Origin: an uncultured Iamiaceae bacterium
GTDB lineage: Bacteria; Actinomycetota; Acidimicrobiia; Acidimicrobiales; Acidimicrobilacustridaceae
NCBI GenBank assembly: GCA_964648005.1
Contig: CAZYKR010000055.1
Location: 7,600-19,510, forward strand
Reading direction: 5' to 3'
Length of the DNA stretch: 11,911 nucleotides
Shown here: in pieces, positions 6,867 to 11,911 of the stretch
Layout of the letters: each line of letters opens with the position of its first letter
Numbering within the stretch: position 1 is the first letter of the stretch
Program-made: the position numbers and the translations under genes
Notes under the pieces: model-generated
What the model was told of the DNA's origin: nothing
The model's database searches: none
Seen by the model: the letters and a program-made list of their open reading frames with translations, nothing else

Positions 6867-7939
6867 GATGTCCCCGCCGTCGTGGTGCCCTGCGGCTCGT
6901 GGGCAGCCGAGCTGGCGCCGTTCGTGCCGTCAGCGGCCGGCGGCGCGCCGGCGTTGAGCTCCGGCACGGCTGACGACGCCAGTTCGGGCCGCTGCTTGCG
7001 GAACAGCAACTTGCGGGCGATGCGCTCGGCGCGCTCGTCGCCGGTGACGGCCCGGGCGCGGACGCTCTCGACCATGTCGCCGGCGATGCTGGTCGACTGC
7101 CCCATGACCAGCTCGCGGATCGGTTCCGGGTTCTCGCCGAGCTGATCGACGACCGTCGGAAGCAGCTCGGCGAGCAGGGGCTCGACGATCGTGTTCACGA
7201 CGCCGAGCAGCGGAGCCGGGTCGTCGGCGAGTCGGTCCATGACGGTCGGCAGCAGCGACGGCAGCAGCGAGTCGACCACACCGCCGATGGCCGTCGGGTC
7301 GTCGCTGAGCTTGCCCATGATCTCTGGAAGCAGCTGGGGCAGCAGGGCATCGACGACGCCGCCGATGGCCGACGGGTCCTCGCTCAGCATGGCCATGACA
7401 TCCGGCAAGGCCGTCTCCAGGATGCCCGGCAGCGCGCGCTCGACGATCACCGGCAGCATCGGTTCGATGACGTCACCGACCGTCGCCGGGATGCCCTGGC
7501 TCGCCGCCACCTCGTCGACGGCGGCTCGTCCGAAGGCGCGCACCTCGACGCGGCCGGCCTCGGTCTCGGCCGCACCGCGTTCTGCCCACCGGGCGACGGT
7601 CGCCTCGACTCGGGCGGTCACCGGCCGGGCCGGCGGCGCCTGCGCCACCCAGCCGGCCATGGCGCGTACGGGCGCTGTCGTGCGCCACGCCAGCGCCGTG
7701 GCGTCTCGGGCCAGGTCGGCGGCCTCGAACGCTGCCCCCACCAGCGCCGTGCCCAGCTCGGCGCTCGCCGACGGGACGGTCTCCTCGGGCGCGACCGGCA
7801 GTGCAGGGGCCGCATGGGGATCACCCGTCGCGAGCGTGGCGCCGGGCGCGGGCTGCTCGCCGGCGGCACGCCGGGCGACGGTGCGAGCGAGGCTCGCGAG
7901 CTCTGCTGCGGCTCCCACGCTCAAGCGACCGACGGCCAT
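6863..7939 (-). CDS. Hypothetical Ala/Pro-rich protein (358 aa) with an internal tandem 26-aa repeat array; no TM segment
   Basis: ATG at 7939..7937 preceded by AGGAG about 7 nt upstream. GC3 is high. The frame stays open further upstream in the track (to 8638), but that part is R/S-rich shadow. Repeats: MAMLSEDPSAIGGVVDALLPQLLPEI / MGKLSDDPTAIGGVVDSLLPSLLPTV / MDRLADDPAPLLGVVNTIVEPLLAELLPTV / VDQLGENPEPIRELV. Confidence 0.6.
   Translation of the reverse strand: MAVGRLSVGAAAELASLARTVARRAAGEQPAPGATLATGDPHAAPALPVAPEETVPSASAELGTALVGAAFEAADLARDATALAWRTTAPVRAMAGWVAQAPPARPVTARVEATVARWAERGAAETEAGRVEVRAFGRAAVDEVAASQGIPATVGDVIEPMLPVIVERALPGILETALPDVMAMLSEDPSAIGGVVDALLPQLLPEIMGKLSDDPTAIGGVVDSLLPSLLPTVMDRLADDPAPLLGVVNTIVEPLLAELLPTVVDQLGENPEPIRELVMGQSTSIAGDMVESVRARAVTGDERAERIARKLLFRKQRPELASSAVPELNAGAPPAADGTNGASSAAHEPQGTTTAGTS
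7151..7474 (-). repeat. Degenerate in-frame tandem repeat: 3 units of 78 bp (7241-7318, 7319-7396, 7397-7474) plus one diverged ~90-bp unit (7151-7240)
   Basis: Units b and c on the + strand align at roughly 75% identity (...cagcagcgagtcgaccacaccgccgatggccgtcgggtcgtcgctgagcttgcccat vs ...cagcagggcatcgacgacgccgccgatggccgacgggtcctcgctcagcatggccat). Each unit ends in ...ccat, which is the Met codon on the coding strand. Confidence 0.6.
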
Positions 7940-8090
7940 CGTGACGCTCCTCTGCTCGACGCTGACGAGTCGTGACACTACCTCTGTACGAATCCCGTCC
8001 GTCCCGAGCGCCGGCGTTCCCGGTGCGCGCGTCCCACACCGTCGACCTGCGTGCGGCGCAACGTCGACGCTCCGCTGCCAAGATGAGCGC
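7940..8090. promoter_or_regulatory. 151-bp divergent intergenic region between the repeat-protein gene (-) and the hypothetical/flotillin genes (+)
   Basis: Bounded by an ATG start at 7939 on the minus strand and a GTG start at 8091 on the plus strand. Contains GTCGAC x2 forming a dyad CGTCGAC(8040-8046)...GTCGACG(8063-8069) with a nested TGCGgCGCA element, 22-50 bp upstream of the + gene start. Confidence 0.3.
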
Positions 8091-8882
8091 GTGCCCGATG
8101 CCCGTGACAGCTCGCCGCCGCCCGCCGTGCCGGCGGTGTCGGCCGAGGAGTTGGTCGAGCTGGCGCCGTACCTGGAGCTGGCTCGCGAGATCCGCCACGA
8201 CGTCGCCCGGGTCGCCGCCGACGACTCGGCCAGCGCCGAAGCCCTCGTGGCGGCCGTCGAGCGCATCCCCAACGCCGAGCGCGACCGGGTGGTGCGGTCG
8301 GTCTTCGATCGCCTGCCCGCCGACCAGCAATGGGTCGTGCTGGAGCGGGCCTTCGGCGATGACGAACTGCGGTTGCACCTCGAGCGCGAGCACGCCGCGC
8401 GCCTGGCGTTGGCCCGTCGGTTGGCCGACCTCGGTGGCGTGGTCGAGCAGGCGCGGGCCGAGCGCTGCCTCGACCTGCGGGCCCTGGCCGTGGGCACGCC
8501 GGTCTCGGTCGGGTTGTTCTCCCGGTCCGACGTGGCCGACGCCGTGGCGCGTGGGCACACGGCGTCGACGTGTGCGCGCCAGCTCGACCTGCGGTGCGAG
8601 GGCGACGGATGGTTCCGGGTGCTCGAGGACGTCTTCAATCCCGGCGGCGCCGGCTACTTCGTCACGGCCGACTACGACGAGCGCGCCTTTGCTGCCGAGC
8701 ACCTGGCGTCGCACGCCAAGGTGCGCCTCGGCGCTGCCGACGGCGACGATCTCGACCACTTCGAGCCGTACATCTTCCCCGGCGCACGGCTCGACGTCGC
8801 GACGAAAGAAACCGTAAGCATCGGACGCCTGCATACGGGCTTCGTTACGGTGGCCGGCATCGACGTCTTCGCGGCTCCCTAG
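8091..8882 (+). CDS. Hypothetical protein, 263 aa, acidic and Ala/Leu-rich, no recognisable domain
   Basis: GTG at 8091 in frame 0. GC3 is ~95% with GC1 > GC2 across the ORF. The alternative frame 7972..8817 translates to Arg/Pro/Ser-rich shadow. TAG stop at 8880-8882, 51 bp before the flotillin start, so probably the same operon. Confidence 0.55.
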   Translation: MPDARDSSPPPAVPAVSAEELVELAPYLELAREIRHDVARVAADDSASAEALVAAVERIPNAERDRVVRSVFDRLPADQQWVVLERAFGDDELRLHLEREHAARLALARRLADLGGVVEQARAERCLDLRALAVGTPVSVGLFSRSDVADAVARGHTASTCARQLDLRCEGDGWFRVLEDVFNPGGAGYFVTADYDERAFAAEHLASHAKVRLGAADGDDLDHFEPYIFPGARLDVATKETVSIGRLHTGFVTVAGIDVFAAP

Positions 8883-8933
8883 ACCGCGCGTCGACGCCGA
8901 GCACCCACACGGTGCTCACAGAAAGGGGTTCAG

Positions 8934-10994
8934 GTGGAGATCGGCAGCATCCTCATCGGCGTGCTCGTCGTGATCGGTCTCGTCGTGATCATCGCCTTGC
9001 GCAGCTTCCACTCGATCGGCCCGTCCGAGGTGGGGCTCGTCACCAAGCGCGTCGGTCGCAAGATCGACGGCGACCAGCTCATCGCCTGCAACGGCGAGGC
9101 CGGTTACCAGGCAGACCTGCTCATGCCGGGTCTGCGGTTCAAGTTCTGGCCGGTGTTCAAGGTCAAGCGCTACGACTGGGTCCAGGTCCCGCCGGATCAC
9201 ATCGGGCTGGTCATCGCCCAGGTGGGCGCACCCTTGGCCACCGGCGCCAAGTCCGCCATCTATCGAGCGGAGTTCGGCAACTTCAGCGACGTGCGCACCT
9301 TCCTGGCCCAAGGCGGCCAGCGCGGCGTGCAGCGTCCGGTCCTGCCCCCGGGCACGACGGCCCCGATCCACCCGATCGGCTTCGTCGTGCTGACGAGCGC
9401 CAACACGTTCGGCGAGGTCATCTCCGACAGCACCGACGCCGCCATCGCCCAGGTCGATCCGCGGGTGCTGACGGTCGTGCACATCACGCCTGAAGGCGAC
9501 CGTGACGTCGTCGGCGTCGTGACCACGCTCGAGGGCCCGCCCTCGGGTGACATCGCCAGCCGCATCGGCGGGTTCGCCGACGTCACGGCGATGGAGCAGT
9601 CACCCGACACCGGCACGCCGGCTCGAGTGATCCAGGCCGTGCTGCGCGCCAAGAACGACCTGCACGACAACTACCAGAACTACCAAGCCTTCCTGGACTC
9701 GGGTGGGTGCATCGGCCTGCAGCACGATCCGCTGCTGTATGGCTCGTACCTGCTCAACCCGTTCCTGGTGCGCGTCGAGCTCCGCGAGATGCTCGTGGTG
9801 CGTCAGGGCGAGGTGGCCGTCATCAAGTCCTATGTGGGCCTGCCCACCGAGGACACCTCCGGCGCCGAGTTCAAGTTCGGCTCGATCGTGAAGCCCGGTC
9901 ATCAGGGCATCTGGTCCGAGCCGTTGCGCACGGGCAAGTACACCCTCAACCCGCGCATCTACGAAGCCGAGATCGTGCCGACGTCGATCCTGACCCTGAA
10001 CTGGTCGCACACGACGTCGGAGGCGCACAGCCTCGACGCACGGCTCGCTCCCATCGACGCCAAGTCGAAGGAGGCGTTCAACTTCTCGATCGACCTGCAG
10101 GTGCAGATCCACGTGCCCGACACGCGGGCACCGAAGGTCATCTCGATGGTCGGCACCATGGCCAACCTGGTCAACGAGGTGCTGCAGTCGGCGGTGGGCA
10201 ACTACTTCCGCAACAAGCTGCAGACCCTCGGCGCCACCGAGTTCATCGAGAAGCGCGACGAGGTCCAGCACGCGGCCGAGGGCTACATCCAGCAGTACCT
10301 GTCGCGCTACGAGGTCGAGACCCGTGGCGTGTACATCCAGGATGTGGTCTTCCCGCAGGATCTGGTCGAGGTGTTGACCAGCCGTGAGATCGCGGCGCAG
10401 GAGCGGTCGACCTTCGCCCAGCAGCGCGAAGCGCAGGAAGCCCGTGTCAGCCTCGAGCAGCAGCGCGGTGTCGCCGACATGCAGGCGGAGCTGGCGCAGG
10501 CCAACGTGTCGATCGACATCGAGACCTCCCGGGCCCACGCCGCCAAGGCACGCGCCGAAGGCGAGGCCGCCGTCATCACCACGACCGGCGCCGCCGAAGC
10601 GCACCGCACCCGAGACCTCGGCGAGGCGACGGCCGCCGCCGAGGAGGCGCTCGGTCTGGCCCGGGCCAAGGGCTTCGACGCCCAGCGTCGGGCGATCGGT
10701 TCGGAGCAGACGGCAATGGTGGCCGCACTGCGCGAGATCGGCACCGGCCACGTCAAGATCGTCCCCGACATCCTCGTCGGGTCCGAAGGCGGCGTACTCG
10801 GCGGCCTGGGCGCCATGCTCATGCGCAACCTGGCCGTCGACCATGGTCAGCCCAATGGCAACGGTGCCGATGGTGCGGACCCGATCGATGCCCCGACCGT
10901 GGCCCCGGTCGCCGTCGGCGCAACGGCGGATGACGATCTCGATGTCCCGTCGATGCTGCGCGGTGGTGGGGAGTCGGACGGCACCGTCTCCTAG
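8934..10994 (+). CDS. SPFH/Band-7 flotillin-like protein (FloT/YqiK-type), 686 aa, with an acidic low-complexity C-terminal tail
   Basis: GTG at 8934 with RBS GAAAGGGG 5-6 nt upstream. N-terminal TM helix ILIGVLVVIGLVVIIAL, then SIGPSEVGLVTKRVG (start of the SPFH domain). A Glu/Ala/Gln-rich coiled-coil 'flotillin' segment (QQREAQEARVSLEQQRGVADMQAELAQA...AKARAEGEAAV). The tail (NGNGADGADPIDAP...DDDLDVPS) is acidic and Gly-rich. Confidence 0.85.
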   Translation: MEIGSILIGVLVVIGLVVIIALRSFHSIGPSEVGLVTKRVGRKIDGDQLIACNGEAGYQADLLMPGLRFKFWPVFKVKRYDWVQVPPDHIGLVIAQVGAPLATGAKSAIYRAEFGNFSDVRTFLAQGGQRGVQRPVLPPGTTAPIHPIGFVVLTSANTFGEVISDSTDAAIAQVDPRVLTVVHITPEGDRDVVGVVTTLEGPPSGDIASRIGGFADVTAMEQSPDTGTPARVIQAVLRAKNDLHDNYQNYQAFLDSGGCIGLQHDPLLYGSYLLNPFLVRVELREMLVVRQGEVAVIKSYVGLPTEDTSGAEFKFGSIVKPGHQGIWSEPLRTGKYTLNPRIYEAEIVPTSILTLNWSHTTSEAHSLDARLAPIDAKSKEAFNFSIDLQVQIHVPDTRAPKVISMVGTMANLVNEVLQSAVGNYFRNKLQTLGATEFIEKRDEVQHAAEGYIQQYLSRYEVETRGVYIQDVVFPQDLVEVLTSREIAAQERSTFAQQREAQEARVSLEQQRGVADMQAELAQANVSIDIETSRAHAAKARAEGEAAVITTTGAAEAHRTRDLGEATAAAEEALGLARAKGFDAQRRAIGSEQTAMVAALREIGTGHVKIVPDILVGSEGGVLGGLGAMLMRNLAVDHGQPNGNGADGADPIDAPTVAPVAVGATADDDLDVPSMLRGGGESDGTVS

Positions 10995-11008
10995 GCGTGC
11001 GCGACTCG

Positions 11009-11040
11009 AGGGCGGTCCCGGCGATGCCCGGGACCGCCCT
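11009..11040. terminator. Bidirectional intrinsic-terminator-like hairpin between convergent genes
   Basis: AGGGCGGTCCCGG (11009-11021) pairs with CCGGGACCGCCCT (11028-11040) around the loop cgatgc. This is a perfect 13-bp GC-rich stem, 15 bp after the flotillin stop. Confidence 0.5.
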
Positions 11041-11168
11041 CTGCGCGTAAGTGACCGGGCGACGATCAGTCAGCGGCGACCTGCTCTTGCAGAAGCGCAT
11101 TCAGATCGTCGATGAGGCGAGGGACCGACGCAGCTGCGCCTCGCCAGCCGGGCACGGTGACGTCTCGC

Positions 11169-11435
11169 TCAGGAGACGACGGTTCGGGCGACGAGGGCGG
11201 TGTAGTCCTCGATCGAGCCCGGGAGGATGCGGAGGTACACCACCGTGCCGGTGCCCTTCTCGACCAGGTCGACGACCTCGGCGACGGCGGGGGCGTCCTC
11301 GTCGCCGGTCACCACGATGGCGCCCGGAGTCACGAGCTCGGGGGCACGGGCTTCGTCGAGGAAGGTCCAGACGAAGCCGGTCTCGTCCTCGCCGTTCAGG
11401 TCTGCGGGGATGTCGATCGTCACCATCTCGGTCAC
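11169..11435 (-). CDS. Small acidic hypothetical protein (88 aa, or 85 aa from the ATG at 11426)
   Basis: GC3 ~94%. The GTG at 11435..11433 lies 1 nt after the TGA of the upstream ORF. The alternative ATG 11426..11424 has GAGG 8-9 nt upstream. TGA stop at 11171..11169. Confidence 0.6.
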   Translation of the reverse strand: MTEMVTIDIPADLNGEDETGFVWTFLDEARAPELVTPGAIVVTGDEDAPAVAEVVDLVEKGTGTVVYLRILPGSIEDYTALVARTVVS

Positions 11436-11436
11436 C

Positions 11437-11859
11437 TCATCGGCCAGATCGGCCTCTCCGATGATGCGGGTTCTCGACTGGCGGGCCGAGGGCCGTCTCG
11501 AGCCGGCCCAGCAGCTCGTCGCCGATGGCGTGGAGGAGCAGTGTGTCGTGCGGGCGGGCGAAGGCGGCCAGGATTGAGAACCCGGCCTCTGCGAGCTGTC
11601 CCGCGGTCGGGGTGTGGACCCATCGGTAGGTGGCCAGTCGCGAGCGAAGTAGGCCGTCGAGGGAGCCAGGGCCGATGTCGTCGAAGGCGCAGAACACCGA
11701 CACGCCGAAGACAGGCTCCCCGTCGAGCACGAAGGCTCGGTGGGTCCGCGAGGCGTGGCGGCGGAGTCGATCGTGCTTGCGCTCGGCTACCGGGTGCCCG
11801 CAGTCACTGGTGCGATTGCGCGACAGGAGTCCCGACTCGGGTCCCGCTCTCGGCCCCAC
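11437..11859 (-). CDS. Hypothetical protein; start uncertain (ATG 11859 gives 140 aa; an internal GTG near 11730 gives ~97 aa)
   Basis: The only long ORF in this stretch. GC3 is ~80-83%, lower than neighbouring genes, and the N-terminal 40 aa are Arg-rich and less convincing. An overlapping + frame (11461..11577) shows similar statistics, so strand and extent are not secure. Confidence 0.3.
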   Translation of the reverse strand: MGPRAGPESGLLSRNRTSDCGHPVAERKHDRLRRHASRTHRAFVLDGEPVFGVSVFCAFDDIGPGSLDGLLRSRLATYRWVHTPTAGQLAEAGFSILAAFARPHDTLLLHAIGDELLGRLETALGPPVENPHHRRGRSGR

Positions 11860-11865
11860 TACGCG

Positions 11866-11896
11866 ACGAAACCCCTGCCGAGCAGGGGTTTCGCTG
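11866..11896. terminator. Perfect 11-bp stem hairpin (terminator-like or regulatory structure) immediately upstream of the minus-strand ORF start at 11859
   Basis: CGAAACCCCTG-ccgag-CAGGGGTTTCG. Only a weak U/T run within the stem. Confidence 0.35.
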
Positions 11897-11911
11897 GTGG
11901 TCGGGACCGGC

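Noticed and set aside
7191-8090. N-terminal 300 codons of the 563-aa + ORF 7191..8882, and the alternative + ORF 7972..8817
   Set aside because: The upstream part is a Ser/Thr/Ala-rich translation antisense to the repeat-protein gene. The 7972..8817 frame is Arg/Pro/Ser-rich. Only frame 0 from the GTG at 8091 has GC3 ~95% with GC1 > GC2 and a protein-like composition.
9600-10844. 414-aa minus ORF, plus the + ORFs 9707..10387 and 10384..11115 overlapping the flotillin gene
   Set aside because: These are alternative-frame or antisense shadows of the strongly supported SPFH/flotillin CDS. Their translations are low-complexity (R/G/A/P-rich).
11066-11155. 29-aa minus-strand ORF (VPGWRGAAASVPRLIDDLNALLQEQVAAD) in the 3' region of the small gene
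   Set aside because: The C-terminus looks protein-like, but GC3 is only ~68%, there is no convincing RBS, and it lies between a stop codon and a terminator hairpin. It is most likely 3' UTR.
1-11911. Search for tRNA/rRNA genes, CRISPR arrays, IS elements, integrases or terminal inverted repeats
   Set aside because: No cloverleaf-like conserved tRNA motifs and no regularly spaced direct repeats with unique spacers. The only tandem repeat is in-frame inside a CDS. No transposase- or recombinase-like ORFs. GC content is uniformly high, with no obvious island boundary.

Overview
This is high-GC (~70%) DNA, most likely actinobacterial chromosome, densely packed with protein-coding genes. I see no rRNA, tRNA, CRISPR array or obvious mobile element. 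Coding strand is supported by the GC3 >> GC1 > GC2 pattern, RBS placement and recognisable domains; many long antisense 'shadow' ORFs in the track are rejected.

Gene order:
- (1) A 5'-truncated GT-C/GT39-like (PMT_2/ArnT-type) membrane glycosyltransferase, followed by two tandem paralogous ~325-aa GNAT-fold (FemAB/BioF2-like) acyltransferases, all on +.
- (2) On the minus strand, an orphan ParA/Soj-family deviant-Walker-A ATPase. Its stop codon overlaps (GTGA) the start of a 108-aa C4 zinc-ribbon ORF.
- (3) Divergent from ParA, an NAD(P)-malic enzyme (MaeB-type core) with an N-terminal ACT domain.
- (4) On the minus strand, a Pro/Ala-rich protein carrying 3 copies of a 78-bp / 26-aa tandem repeat plus a diverged ~90-bp fourth unit, GTGA-coupled to an RDD-family membrane protein.
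- (5) Divergent from that pair, a 263-aa hypothetical protein followed by an unusually long (686 aa) SPFH/Band-7 flotillin-like protein.
- (6) Two small minus-strand ORFs separated by 1 nt and bracketed by strong GC hairpins.

Most worth a second look: the ParA + zinc-ribbon pair, the repeat-protein/RDD/hypothetical/flotillin cluster around a 151-bp divergent promoter, and the glycosyltransferase + duplicated acyltransferase module. All functional assignments come from sequence motifs read by eye; no database search was possible.
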